64,000 nucleotides of DNA from Planctomycetota bacterium (GTDB lineage: Bacteria; Planctomycetota; UBA8108; SXIK01): contig CBDCXR010000004.1 of assembly GCA_965223845.1 (NCBI GenBank), forward strand, positions 7,584,001-7,648,000, in the 5' to 3' direction. The notes below the pieces were generated by a model. That model worked only from the letters and a program-made list of their open reading frames with translations, searched no databases and was not told where the DNA came from. Both the position numbers and the translations under genes were made by a program. This document shows positions 27,630 through 37,712 of this stretch, piece by piece (the first letter of the stretch is position 1; every line of letters begins with the position of its first letter).

Positions 27630-28336
27630 GGCTCGAGTTCCGGAGAGAGGGAAAGGTGAAGTTGGATCGTGCGGCCGACGATCGTCTCGCCGCTTTCGTC
27701 CCCGGCGGACGTCGCCTCCACGTCGATCGCCGCGCTCATGGCGGCGCCGCGAAAGTCGCTGAGCGGCCGTTCCGTCACACGCTCGTCGCGAAAGAAGACG
27801 GCGAACGTGCGTGGCGGATCGCCGGGCAGGAGGCGGATGCTGCGGGGGAGAGCCTTCGCGAGGTAGTCTCGCGCCAGGTCGAAATTGTACCTCGCAGTAT
27901 GCCGGTAGAGGAGAACCGACGGGATGACGAGCGGGGCGAGGAGATACGCCGGAGTCTGGGACCGCTCGACGTCGGCGAGCACTCGGAGCGGCGCGACCGG
28001 CGAGAAGCGCTCGCCGTTCTCGAGGACGACCTCGAGGACTCGCCGCTCGAGCTCGAACGGCGCGAGGCTGCGGTTTTCGATCGCGAGGATGACCGGAAAG
28101 TAACCGTGGTTCCGCAGTTCCCCGCCGAAGTAGTGGGCGCTCGCGGCGGGTGAGGCGATCAGCTCCGCGGCGAGGACGATCCCTTCGCTCTCATGGCGGT
28201 TGTGGTGCGCATGAGCGGGCCGGTCGGGGAGGGAGAGGGCGTCGAAACTCGCACACCCGCAGGCGACCGCGCTCAGCGCGGCGACGCAGGCGGCGTTCGC
28301 GAGCTGCTTAGCTCGATTCTGAGTTGGGATGAGCAC
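27626..28336 (-). CDS. Hypothetical lipoprotein
   Basis: Signal peptide ending VACGC; 4-bp overlap with the downstream gene. Confidence 0.7.
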   Translation of the reverse strand: MLIPTQNRAKQLANAACVAALSAVACGCASFDALSLPDRPAHAHHNRHESEGIVLAAELIASPAASAHYFGGELRNHGYFPVILAIENRSLAPFELERRVLEVVLENGERFSPVAPLRVLADVERSQTPAYLLAPLVIPSVLLYRHTARYNFDLARDYLAKALPRSIRLLPGDPPRTFAVFFRDERVTERPLSDFRGAAMSAAIDVEATSAGDESGETIVGRTIQLHLSLSPELEP

Positions 28337-28795
28337 CGTACCGAGGCCGGGGTGGAAGCTGGAGGCTCGAGGCGCGGCGGGCGGTCGCCCCCGCTCCAGT
28401 GCGCGCGAGTCGCGCGCGACGACGCACTGTACCCGGATTGCTGCGGCGATGAAACGGTCCCCGATGGCGAGCCGTCGGAGATCCCGATGTCGGTTCTCCC
28501 GTCACTCGGATGTGGAGTGGAAAAGCGGGTGAGGTTCTCGTAAAGCTAATTAATGTTTAGAGTTGTGTCGGTTTCGCGCGGCGATTGAACCGGCCCGCGT
28601 GTTCCGATATCCTGTCGGGTCGGTAGCGGCGCCCACCCGTCGGTTCGGGGGCGACTCCCGCGTACGCAGGAATCGACGCGCGTTGAACAGCTCGGATGGA
28701 ACGAAACGGGCTGAACGACCTGGGGGATCCGGCGCTCGAGCCGGGCCGCGCGTCGGCGGACCGACCGATCGGGTGAATCGATAGTTGATGGATCG

Positions 28796-30829
28796 ATGCT
28801 AACGCTCGAAGTTCGCCGCCGCGACGAGGCGGGGAGCACTCTGTTTCAGAGTCGGAAGACGCCCGTCTTCGTCGGCCGAGATCGCGCGATGGATCTCGTC
28901 CTCGACGACCCGCTGATTTCGCGCCAGCACGCGGTGATCGTCGCTCGCGCCGGCCGCTTCGTCCTTCAGGACATCGGCGGACGGAATCCGATCCGCGTCA
29001 ACGAGGTCGAGCGCGTCAGTCACGCCCTCGAGCCGGGCGACGTCATCTCGATCGGCGACACCGACCTCGTCGTCGCCGCGACGGACGAGGACGCCGCGCG
29101 GGCCAGCGACTCGGTCGGGCCCACCGTCGTCGACGCGCGCGAAACGATCGCACGCTTTCGCCGGACGGGTACGCTCGACGGCCGAAACGCCGACGACACG
29201 GACGCGCCGGGGGGAGCCCGCCCCTCGCGGGCGGCCGGTCGCTCCGAGCGCGACCTTCGAAGCCTCCGCCAGTTCGGCGAGCTCATTCATAGCCTCGCGG
29301 ATCGGCAGCGGGTGCTCGAAGCGGCGCTCGACATCGTGTTCGAGCACCTGAGTGTCATCCGCTGCTTCGTGGGTGATTTCGTCGCGGGCGATCAACTCGT
29401 CATCCGCGCGGAGCGATCGCTCCAGCCGGATTCTGGATCTCGCCGGCGGGACTACAGCCAGACGATCGTCGAGCGCGTCCGCCGGGACGCCGTCTCGATC
29501 CTCTTCAATCCGAGCGCGGATTCGAGCGACGAGTCGCTCGGCGGGGAGGAGGCGCGCGGGCCGGACTCGGGGCGCGTCGAGCCGAAGGACACCGCATCGC
29601 GGGGCATCGAGTCGAAGAGCATCGTTCGGTTGAAGATCAATAGCGCGATGTGTCTCCCGCTATTCCGAGCCGACGACGTCACGGGCGTCCTCTATCTCGA
29701 TAGCCGCGAAGGGATGTCGAGCTTCGACCAGCAAGACCTTCACTTCGCGAGCGTGCTCTCGCACTTCATTTCGCTCGCGCTCGAGAAGGAAGAGCTCTAT
29801 GAGCGGATCCAGGCCGAAAACCTCGAGCTAAAGTCGATCCTCCACCAGAAGAACCGCATGATCGCCGTCGGGCCCTCGGCAAAGGAGGTCCTCCGGCGCA
29901 TCAAACGAGTGGCGCAGTTCGACACGACGGTCCTCGTCACCGGCGAGAGCGGCACGGGGAAAGAGCTCGTCGCGCGTGGCATTCACGATCGTTCTCCGCG
30001 GCGAGCGCATCCGTTCGTCGCGGTCAACTGCGCGGCGATTCCCGAGACGCTGCTCGAGAGCGAGCTCTTCGGCTACGCGCCGAAGTCCGGAATCAGCGGC
30101 AGCAATCCGCAGGGAAAACCCGGAAAGTTCGAGCTCGCGCACGGCGGGACGCTCTTCCTCGACGAGATCGGTGACATGACGCTCTCGACGCAGGCGAAGA
30201 TTCTCCGCGTGCTCGAGGATCGCGTCGTCGATCGACTCGGATCCGAGCAGGGAGTCGAAGTCGATCTCCGGATCGTAGCCGCGACGAACCGCCAGCTTCA
30301 AAAGGCCGTCGAGGAGGGACGATTCCGCGAGGATCTCTATTACCGACTCAAGGTCTTCGACGTTCACCTGCCGCCGCTTCGCGAGCGCCGGGACGACATC
30401 CTTCCCCTCTGTCAGCACTTTCTCAGCCTGCATCCGCCGGAAGGACGGCCGCCCGCCGAGCTGTCGCCGCGCGCCAAAGAGCTCGTCCTCGCTTACCCCT
30501 GGCCGGGAAATATCCGCGAGCTCAAGAACTGCATCGAGCAGGCGCTGCTCCTCTCGAACGGACGCACGATCTACCCGGAAAACCTGCCGAGCGATCTGCG
30601 TCGGGGCGATCATCCGCAGGAGTTCGCGAGTCTCGCCGAGCTCGAGGCTCAGTACATCGCGCAGGTGCTCCAGAGCGTCAATTGGAACAAGCGGCGCGCG
30701 GCCCAGGTTCTCGGAATCAACCGCTCCACGCTTTACGAGAAGATCAAAGTCTATGAGTTAACGCCCCCGGCGGCCGACGCGGGACTCGCGAGTGGCGCGG
30801 CGGGAAACGGCGCGGAAACTAGATCATGA
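28796..30829 (+). CDS. FHA-GAF-AAA+-Fis HTH enhancer-binding-protein-type regulator with a non-canonical L1 loop
   Basis: FHA (VGR...ISRQHA...N), GAF (SAMCLPL..GVLYLD), GESGTGKE, LFLDEIG, RFREDLYYRL, WPGNIREL, and HTH NKRRAAQVLGINRSTLYEK. Confidence 0.92.
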   Translation: MLTLEVRRRDEAGSTLFQSRKTPVFVGRDRAMDLVLDDPLISRQHAVIVARAGRFVLQDIGGRNPIRVNEVERVSHALEPGDVISIGDTDLVVAATDEDAARASDSVGPTVVDARETIARFRRTGTLDGRNADDTDAPGGARPSRAAGRSERDLRSLRQFGELIHSLADRQRVLEAALDIVFEHLSVIRCFVGDFVAGDQLVIRAERSLQPDSGSRRRDYSQTIVERVRRDAVSILFNPSADSSDESLGGEEARGPDSGRVEPKDTASRGIESKSIVRLKINSAMCLPLFRADDVTGVLYLDSREGMSSFDQQDLHFASVLSHFISLALEKEELYERIQAENLELKSILHQKNRMIAVGPSAKEVLRRIKRVAQFDTTVLVTGESGTGKELVARGIHDRSPRRAHPFVAVNCAAIPETLLESELFGYAPKSGISGSNPQGKPGKFELAHGGTLFLDEIGDMTLSTQAKILRVLEDRVVDRLGSEQGVEVDLRIVAATNRQLQKAVEEGRFREDLYYRLKVFDVHLPPLRERRDDILPLCQHFLSLHPPEGRPPAELSPRAKELVLAYPWPGNIRELKNCIEQALLLSNGRTIYPENLPSDLRRGDHPQEFASLAELEAQYIAQVLQSVNWNKRRAAQVLGINRSTLYEKIKVYELTPPAADAGLASGAAGNGAETRS

Positions 30830-31003
30830 TGGTGCGCCGCCCGAAGCGCGAACCGTGACGTTTTCGGAATGCGCGTTCCGTCGCTTCAGGCGCCGGCGCG
30901 CGCTCCAGAGCGCGGGGGAATTCGCCGATCTACGGGAAGTCGACTCGATCGACCGCGCACCGCGAACGAGACGCCAGTTGACTGGCAGCTTCGAGGACAA
31001 GAG

Positions 31004-31639
31004 ATGACCGACATGACACTGGATCTGGTGGAAAAGGGACTCGCCGAGCACGTCGACCGCACGGTGGAGATGCTCCAGCGCATCGACATGACGGCGATCC
31101 GCACGCTGATCGACAAGCTGCACGGAGCCTACGAAGAAGGTTCGCGGGTGTTCCTTTTCGGGAACGGCGGGAGCGCGGCGACGGCGTCTCACTTCGCCGA
31201 GGATCTCGCCAAGGGCATCCTCAAGGACATGGACGAGACCAAGCGACTCCGGGTCCTCAGCCTCACCGATTCCGTCCCGTTCATCTCCGCGCTGGGAAAC
31301 GACTGCGGGTTCGAGACGATCTTCCGCGAGCAGCTGATTACGAACGCCTCTCCGGGCGACCTCGCCATCGCGATCAGCGGATCGGGCAACAGCCCGAACG
31401 TCCTCAACGCGATGAAGTGGGCATCGGAGAACGGACTCTGGACGTGCGCGATGACGGGTTTCAACGGCGGTAAGCTGAAGCCGATGGTCGATACGTGCGT
31501 CCACGTTCCGATCCTCGACATGGAAGTCGCCGAGAATGCGCACATGATCGCTGTTCACCTCGTCGTGAGCGGACTGCGAAAGACGCTCGAGATCGCGCGT
31601 GAAAGCGAGACCGATTCGTCGCTCGGCGACGCGGGTTGA
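31004..31639 (+). CDS. gmhA: SIS-domain phosphoheptose isomerase (GmhA family)
   Basis: Motifs FGNGGSAATASH, ALGND.GF..IF..Q, ISGSGNSPNV, TGFNGG and E..H. Confidence 0.85.
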   Translation: MTDMTLDLVEKGLAEHVDRTVEMLQRIDMTAIRTLIDKLHGAYEEGSRVFLFGNGGSAATASHFAEDLAKGILKDMDETKRLRVLSLTDSVPFISALGNDCGFETIFREQLITNASPGDLAIAISGSGNSPNVLNAMKWASENGLWTCAMTGFNGGKLKPMVDTCVHVPILDMEVAENAHMIAVHLVVSGLRKTLEIARESETDSSLGDAG

Positions 31640-31836
31640 GGCCGAACGTCGCCGCGAGCGTTCGTCCTCGCCCGGGGCGTCGATCCCGGTGTCCGTAGAA
31701 TGACGAAGGTCTTCCGTCCCGCTCGGGTAGCACACCTTCAGTCGGTGCGGCGCCACCTCCTCGTTAGCAGCTTCCGACCCAAGGCGGCTCGCCGCTGCGC
31801 TGAGCGAGGCGGGTGAGCCGTCCGGGTTAGCCCGTC

Positions 31837-32958
31837 ATGTCTTCTCTCCTCCGGATGATCGACGCGAATCTGAATCGCCTCGCCGAGGCGCTTCGCGTCG
31901 TCGAAGACGTCGCGCGTTTCCATCTGGACTCCGCGCCTCGCGCCGCTGCGCTGAAGGAGCTCCGGCACGCGGCGTTTCGCGTGGTTTCCGAAGTCGGCGT
32001 CGATGTCGCCGCGCTGCCGCGATCGCGAAACATCCTGCTGGACGTGGGTCGCGAGAATCCGTCGCCCGCGGGTGCGGGCGAGCGAAGTCTCACCGCGCTC
32101 GATCTCGCTCAGCGCAACTTCGAGCGGGCGAAGGAGGCGCTCCGAGTCATCGAGGAGTGCGTGCGTTGTCTCCACCCCGGGGGCGAGCGCGCCGTCGAGG
32201 CGATTCGGTACGGCGTCTACGAGGAGGAGCGCCGGTGGAGCTTTCCGTTTCGCCGCGGCGGGGCGGCGGAGCTCCTCGACGCTGCGCGAGTCTATCTCGT
32301 AGCGATCCCCGAGATCTGCCGCGGCGACGTCGTCGAGACCGTGCGAGCGGCGCTCGACGGCGGCGTCGACATCGTCCAGCTCCGCACCAAGGGGGCGACG
32401 GATCATTCCGTCCTCGAGACCGCGCGCCGTCTACGCGAGCTCACCGAGGCGCGCGGAGCCCTCTTCATCGTGAACGATCGCCCTGACCTAGCGCGACTCT
32501 CGCGCGCCGACGGCGTGCACGTCGGACAGGACGACCTGGAGCCGCGTGACGCGCGGGAGATCGTCGGCCCGCAGTCGATCGTCGGTCGATCGACCCACGA
32601 CGAGACGCAGGCGGTCGACGCGGCCGGGGGCGAAGCCGACTACATCGGAGTCGGTCCGGTCTTTGCGACTTCGACGAAGTACGACCACGAGGACGTCCTC
32701 GGGCCCGATCGGGCCGCCGCGATTCTCTCCGCCCTCGAGATCCCCGCGTTCGCGATCGGTGGGCTCGACCTCGAGCGCGTGCGAGAGCTGCGCGACCGAG
32801 GTGTTCGGCGCGTCGCCGTCGCGAGCGCGATCCTCGCGAGCGCAGATCCGGCGCGCGCCGCCGCCGAGATCAAGGAAGCTCTCGCGGGCGACGCATCGAC
32901 GTCGACGACGGACTCCGCGTCCTCGTCCGAATCGAGCGAGGGCAGAGCGCCGGAGTAG
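31837..32958 (+). CDS. thiE: Thiamine-phosphate synthase with N-terminal ThiD2 domain
   Basis: ThiD2 motifs RMIDANLNRLAEALRVVED and RAKEALRVIEE; ThiE motifs QLRTK, IVNDRPD, DGVHVGQDD, GRSTH, GPVFATSTK and FAIGG. Confidence 0.93.
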   Translation: MSSLLRMIDANLNRLAEALRVVEDVARFHLDSAPRAAALKELRHAAFRVVSEVGVDVAALPRSRNILLDVGRENPSPAGAGERSLTALDLAQRNFERAKEALRVIEECVRCLHPGGERAVEAIRYGVYEEERRWSFPFRRGGAAELLDAARVYLVAIPEICRGDVVETVRAALDGGVDIVQLRTKGATDHSVLETARRLRELTEARGALFIVNDRPDLARLSRADGVHVGQDDLEPRDAREIVGPQSIVGRSTHDETQAVDAAGGEADYIGVGPVFATSTKYDHEDVLGPDRAAAILSALEIPAFAIGGLDLERVRELRDRGVRRVAVASAILASADPARAAAEIKEALAGDASTSTTDSASSSESSEGRAPE

Positions 32959-32994
32959 AAATCTCGCGAGCAGACCGGGATAATCCCCGCCATC

Positions 32995-33735
32995 ATGCAA
33001 GCGAGTTCGCCTCCTCTCCTCGACTCAGCGGAACCGGTCCCCTTTCGGCCGCGCTCGCGCGCCGTTGCCCTCCTTCTCGGGCTCGTCCCCGGTTGGGGGC
33101 ACGTCTACTGGGGGCGCGAGCGGCTCGGTCTCGCGATTTTCACCCTGTTCGCGCCGGCGCTGTTCGCGCTCATCCACGGCGTGCTCCTCTACGTCGGTCC
33201 GTACTCCGCGCTTTGGCGCGCCTCGGCGGTCACGGTTCTCGTGCTCGTGTTCGCGGTGTCCTACGTCGATCTCGTGATGAGAACGACGCGGGCGCGCGCC
33301 GAGCGCGAGAAAGACGAGTGGTGGAGCTCGATCCGGCGCGGCATGGTGTCCTTCGTGCGCGGCGATCTCGCCGGGGCGCGGAGCGAGTTTGGGCGCGCTC
33401 ACGACGTCGATCCATTCGATCCGGAGTCGCAGTTCCGCCTCGGCATCGTCTACGCTCGCGAGGGCGACCGCCGGCAGGCCGCGAGGTGGCTCCGCCGCGC
33501 CGAGCGGTATGACGTCGACGAAAAGTGGGCCTGGGAGATCGCGCGGGAGCGTCTCCGACTTTCGCACGCCGGGCGATCATCGTCGGCGTCGTCGGATGGG
33601 GCGCCCGAAGGCGGTGCCGATCACGACGCGGTCGGAGGGGACTCGTCGGTGCGGACCGAGTCCGAGCGCGCCGCGGACGAGAGTTCCGCTGGCCCTCGGG
33701 AACACGAAGTGGCGGAACGAGGCCGGGGAGGCTGA
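32995..33735 (+). CDS. Membrane protein with TPR motif
   Basis: LLGLVPGWGHVYWG motif, TM helices, then TPR-like DP...QFRLGIVY. Confidence 0.75.
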   Translation: MQASSPPLLDSAEPVPFRPRSRAVALLLGLVPGWGHVYWGRERLGLAIFTLFAPALFALIHGVLLYVGPYSALWRASAVTVLVLVFAVSYVDLVMRTTRARAEREKDEWWSSIRRGMVSFVRGDLAGARSEFGRAHDVDPFDPESQFRLGIVYAREGDRRQAARWLRRAERYDVDEKWAWEIARERLRLSHAGRSSSASSDGAPEGGADHDAVGGDSSVRTESERAADESSAGPREHEVAERGRGG

Positions 33736-33742
33736 GCCGAGC

Positions 33743-34903
33743 ATGGTGAGCTACAAGGACGCCGGGGTCGACATCGACGCCGGGGACGCGGCGGTCCGCC
33801 TGATGTCGGATCACGTGCGGAGCACGTACACGCCGCAGGTTCTCACTGGAAGCCACGGCGGCTTCGCCGGACTCTTTCAGCTCGACTACCCGCGCGGGCT
33901 CCTTCGGCGCAACTACCGCGATCCGGTGCTCGTCGCGTGCACGGACGGAGTCGGGACGAAGCTCGAGATCGCATTCCGCACGGGCCGTTCCGACACGGTC
34001 GGCATCGATCTCGTCGCCATGTCGGTGAACGATCTCGTCGTCCAGGGCGCGGAGCCGCTCTTCTTTCTTGACTACGTCGCCGTGGGAAAGCTCGACCCGA
34101 AGGTCGTTGCTCAGATCGTCGCGGGTATCTCGCGCGGGTGTCGCGAAGCCGGCTGCGCGCTTCTCGGCGGCGAGACGGCAGAGATGCCGGGCTTCTATCC
34201 CGCCGGAAGCTACGACCTCGCGGGGTTCGCCGTCGGCGTCGCGGAGAAGCGCCGCCTCGTTCTCGGCGACCGGGTGGCTCCCGGCGACCAGATCATCGGG
34301 CTCGCCTCGAGCGGATTTCATTCGAACGGGTACTCGCTCGTCCGTCGGGTCGTCGACGATGCCGGTCTCGAGCTGACTGGCGTTCCGGCGGGGCTCGACG
34401 TTCCGCTCGCCGACGCGCTCCTCGAACCGACGAAGATCTACGTGAAGCCGATCCTCCACATCCTCAACCGCTACCGGCGGAAGCGCGTCGTGCACGCGAT
34501 GGCGCACATCACGGGAGGGGGGCTACCGGGAAATCTGCCGCGGGTGCTCCCCAAAAACGTCGACGCGGCCGTGTGGACGAGTCGGTGGACGGTGCCGCCG
34601 GTGATCGAGCTGATCCAGGAACACGCCAAGATCTCCGATCAGGAGATGCGCCGAGTCTTCAATATGGGGATCGGCATGGCGATCGTCGTCTCGAGTCACT
34701 TCTGCGAGTCGATCCTGGCGCAGTTCGCGGCGCTGGGCGTCGATGCGGTGCACATCGGTGAGATCCGCGCCGGCAGCGGTCGGCTCCTCGTCGGCAAGGC
34801 GCCGCGAAAGAGGGCGAAGGCGCGATCGACTTCGACGCCGAAAACGAGGAAGAAGAAACCTCGCGCGTCGCTCAACGGCTCCCGTTCGGCCAAACGCCGC
34901 TGA
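33743..34903 (+). CDS. purM: Phosphoribosylformylglycinamidine cyclo-ligase
   Basis: SYKDAGVDIDAG, TDGVGTK, GIDLVAMSVND, GGETAEMPG, SSGFHSNGYSL, HITGGG and FNMGIG. ATG at 33743. Confidence 0.97.
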   Translation: MVSYKDAGVDIDAGDAAVRLMSDHVRSTYTPQVLTGSHGGFAGLFQLDYPRGLLRRNYRDPVLVACTDGVGTKLEIAFRTGRSDTVGIDLVAMSVNDLVVQGAEPLFFLDYVAVGKLDPKVVAQIVAGISRGCREAGCALLGGETAEMPGFYPAGSYDLAGFAVGVAEKRRLVLGDRVAPGDQIIGLASSGFHSNGYSLVRRVVDDAGLELTGVPAGLDVPLADALLEPTKIYVKPILHILNRYRRKRVVHAMAHITGGGLPGNLPRVLPKNVDAAVWTSRWTVPPVIELIQEHAKISDQEMRRVFNMGIGMAIVVSSHFCESILAQFAALGVDAVHIGEIRAGSGRLLVGKAPRKRAKARSTSTPKTRKKKPRASLNGSRSAKRR

Positions 34904-35756
34904 AGACTTCGGTCGCGGGTCCGGTCATCGCGACGCGTCCGGTAGTCCCCGCTCGATCTGCTTCCCAGTGGATGTCGAGCGCTCCCCCGCGCAGCTGCAC
35001 GCGCACCGCGCGCTCCGTCCAGCCGTTCAGCACGGCGGCCACGACCGCAGCGCAGGCGCCGCTTCCGCAGGCGAGTGTCTCGCCGCTTCCCCGTTCCCAC
35101 ACGCGGAACTCGAACTCGGTCGGAGAGCGTACGAAGATGAACTCGGCGTTCACCCGATCGGGAAACGCAGGGTGGTGCTCGAAGCGCGGACCCCACTCCT
35201 CGAGCGCGAACTCGTCGACGGGCGTTTCGAGGCGAATGACCACGTGCGGATTCCCCATCGAGAGCGCCGAGACGCGGAACGTGCGGCCATCGACGACGAG
35301 CGGGATATCGACGGCCCGCGCCGTCGGATCATCTCCGACGTGCATCGGCACTTCGCCGCGGGCGAGGCGAGGCGCGCCCATATCGACTTCGATGGAGTTC
35401 GCGCGGCCGCCCGAAGCGGTCGCGACCCGAACGTGCCGCGGACCCGAGTCGGTCTCGATGGCGAAGCTCTCGCCTCGGGTCCGCCCGCGGTCGTAGACGA
35501 ATTTCGCGACGCACCGGAGTCCGTTTCCGCACATCGCTCCGCGCGAGCCGTCGGCGTTGTACATCTCCATGCGGCAGACGGCGGCGGACGGAGCCTTCGG
35601 CGGGGCGATGAGGATGAGACCGTCCGCGCCGACGCCGAAGTGGCGCCGCGACACGGCGCGCGCGAGTGCCGCAGCGTCGTCCACTCGACTCGCGAAAACA
35701 TCGACGTATACGTAGTCGTTTCCGAGCCCCTCCATCTTCGTGAACGGGACGTCCAT
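34872..35756 (-). CDS. dapF: Diaminopimelate epimerase
   Basis: Motifs FTKMEGLGNDY, GVGADG, NADGS..AMCGNGLRC, MGNPH and RVWERGSGETLACGSGAC. Confidence 0.97.
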   Translation of the reverse strand: MDVPFTKMEGLGNDYVYVDVFASRVDDAAALARAVSRRHFGVGADGLILIAPPKAPSAAVCRMEMYNADGSRGAMCGNGLRCVAKFVYDRGRTRGESFAIETDSGPRHVRVATASGGRANSIEVDMGAPRLARGEVPMHVGDDPTARAVDIPLVVDGRTFRVSALSMGNPHVVIRLETPVDEFALEEWGPRFEHHPAFPDRVNAEFIFVRSPTEFEFRVWERGSGETLACGSGACAAVVAAVLNGWTERAVRVQLRGGALDIHWEADRAGTTGRVAMTGPATEVFSGVWPNGSR

Positions 35757-35985
35757 GCCCGGGATTGTAGGCGTCGTCGACGCGGACGGAAAGAGCTGGG
35801 GTGAGCGCGAAGATCGGGGCGATCCGCGCGGATTCCTCGCCGGGCGCGCGTGTCGGCGTCCGTCTACCTGGTGGGTTCCCGTGCCGTTCGAGCACCGGTG
35901 ATGACCACGTTCGGGGTTAAACTACAAGAAGAGCGCTCGGCAATCGCTCGAGACGGTGTTCGGTCGGCAGTAAGGAGGATTCCCC

Positions 35986-37101
35986 GTGATCCAGCGACTT
36001 TCCCTCGCCTTCTTCGGCGTGGTGTTCTCGCTCGTTTCGACCGAGCTCCACGCACAGGAGACCGAGCCCGCACCCGACGAGCCGAAAAGCGCGCAGGCTT
36101 CCGACGCGGACGACGAACCTTCGAAGCTCGAGATCGAAGGCGTCGAGCGACAGGAGCTGAAGCCCATCGTCGATCGCGGGCCCGACCCGCTGCCGGACGC
36201 GAAGCTGCCGGCGAAAACGCGCCCGGCGCCGGATCCCGCGCGCGATCAGTACGTCCGGGAGCCGGTCTACGTCCGCGTCGCCGAGGTGATCGTCGATTCG
36301 GCCGGCGAGCTGAAGATTCCCGACGTCCAAATCGTCGATCGCTATCTCCAGGAGTACCTTCGCCGGGCGGGATTCCCCATCGCAGCCACGGTTGCCGAAG
36401 CGAAGTACCGCATCGAAGGCGACCTCGAGGCGCAGTTCGACAAGGTGCTGCGGATTCAGGGACGTCCGGTCGCGTTCAAGGTGCGCGCGGAGTGCTCTCT
36501 CTTTCTGCTCGATGCCGACGGCAGTGAGCTCGAGGGGTTCGAGATCCCCGAGATCTTCCAAGAGAACGTCAAGAGCGAGAAGAGCGCCTTCGTTCAGGTG
36601 CGGCGACTCGCCGCGAAGACGTTCTGGGATCACCTCACGAAGGACGGCGACGTCCTCGGTGATCGCGAGGTGGAAGCCGTGATCCAGCGACTGAGTGCGG
36701 TGCCTCGCGAGGGAGACGCGTGGTCGACCGAGGACTGCGTGAAGACGCTCGTCGGGAGAGGGCTCGCCGTGGTGCCGGCGATGCTCGATGCCCTCACCGA
36801 CACGCGTCCCGTTCTCGTTCCCTCCTCGTACCGCGGACTCACGCCCGAGACCCGCCCGAAGCTCCGCATCTATCACGTCGCCGATCAGGTGCTCGAGGAG
36901 ATCTTTCAGAAGGTGAGTCGCATGAATCTCGACACCCCGCATCGCTGGCGCTTTCTGATCATGCGCGGGTGGGAGAACGAGTGGCGGCGGTTCTGCCCCC
37001 CGTTCCGGGACTCACCGAATCAAAAGCGGGATGCGAAGCCGGAGTCCGCCCAGCGGAGCTCGGCGGACTCGGCGGCGGCGAACGGGAACGCCCCGCGCTG
37101 A
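35986..37101 (+). CDS. Hypothetical secreted protein
   Basis: AAGGAGG RBS, signal peptide (...LHA-QE), long ORF with typical codon usage; no family recognised. Confidence 0.75.
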   Translation: MIQRLSLAFFGVVFSLVSTELHAQETEPAPDEPKSAQASDADDEPSKLEIEGVERQELKPIVDRGPDPLPDAKLPAKTRPAPDPARDQYVREPVYVRVAEVIVDSAGELKIPDVQIVDRYLQEYLRRAGFPIAATVAEAKYRIEGDLEAQFDKVLRIQGRPVAFKVRAECSLFLLDADGSELEGFEIPEIFQENVKSEKSAFVQVRRLAAKTFWDHLTKDGDVLGDREVEAVIQRLSAVPREGDAWSTEDCVKTLVGRGLAVVPAMLDALTDTRPVLVPSSYRGLTPETRPKLRIYHVADQVLEEIFQKVSRMNLDTPHRWRFLIMRGWENEWRRFCPPFRDSPNQKRDAKPESAQRSSADSAAANGNAPR

Positions 37102-37250
37102 ACTCGAGGCGATCGCGGTCCCGCGCGGCTCGAGTGCGACCGGGCCGACGCCCTAGCCTCGTCGATAAGTCCCAGTCGCGACAACGATTGCGCGATCCGG
37201 CGCCCGCGTGTTTCCGGCGGCGCGAGGGCTCTCGGCGTCTCCGGGGGTCG

Positions 37251-37279
37251 TTGAAGTACCCGCGGACTGAGGTTATACT
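37251..37279 (+). promoter_or_regulatory. Putative sigma70 promoter of the sulfur-carrier operon
   Basis: TTGAAG (37251-37256), 17 nt, TATACT (37274-37279). Confidence 0.55.
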
Positions 37280-37425
37280 CATGCGGTTACTGACTTTACC
37301 GCTCTTTCGCGGGCCTCGCCGGCGCCGGTTTACGCCGTCGGTCGGCGCGCCGCGTGGCGGCGAAATTGCGCCGCCGAGAGATTGTGTAAGCCCAACTACC
37401 GAAACCGATTGAGAGCAGGCCGTCC

Positions 37426-37707
37426 ATGGTCGTCGTGCGCATTCCGACTCCGCTCCGCCGTTTCACCGACGGACAGGCCGAGGTCCAGGCCGAAGGCGCC
37501 ACCGTGAAGGAGGTGTTCGATCACCTCGAGTCCGTCGGGCAGGGCATCCGCGAGAAGGTTTTCGACGACTCCGGGCAGATCCGCCGCTTCATCAACGTGT
37601 TCAAGAACGGCGACGACGTCCGCTACCTCGAGGGTCCGGACACGCCGGTCGCCGCCGGCGACGAGCTGAGCATCGTCCCCGCGATCGCGGGCGGTTTGGC
37701 GAGGTAG
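37426..37707 (+). CDS. Ubiquitin-like sulfur carrier (MoaD/ThiS/CysO family)
   Basis: VRIPTPLR, FINVFKNGDDVRYL.G.DT and GDELSIVPAIAGG followed by LAR. Confidence 0.93.
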   Translation: MVVVRIPTPLRRFTDGQAEVQAEGATVKEVFDHLESVGQGIREKVFDDSGQIRRFINVFKNGDDVRYLEGPDTPVAAGDELSIVPAIAGGLAR

Positions 37708-37712
37708 AAGAC

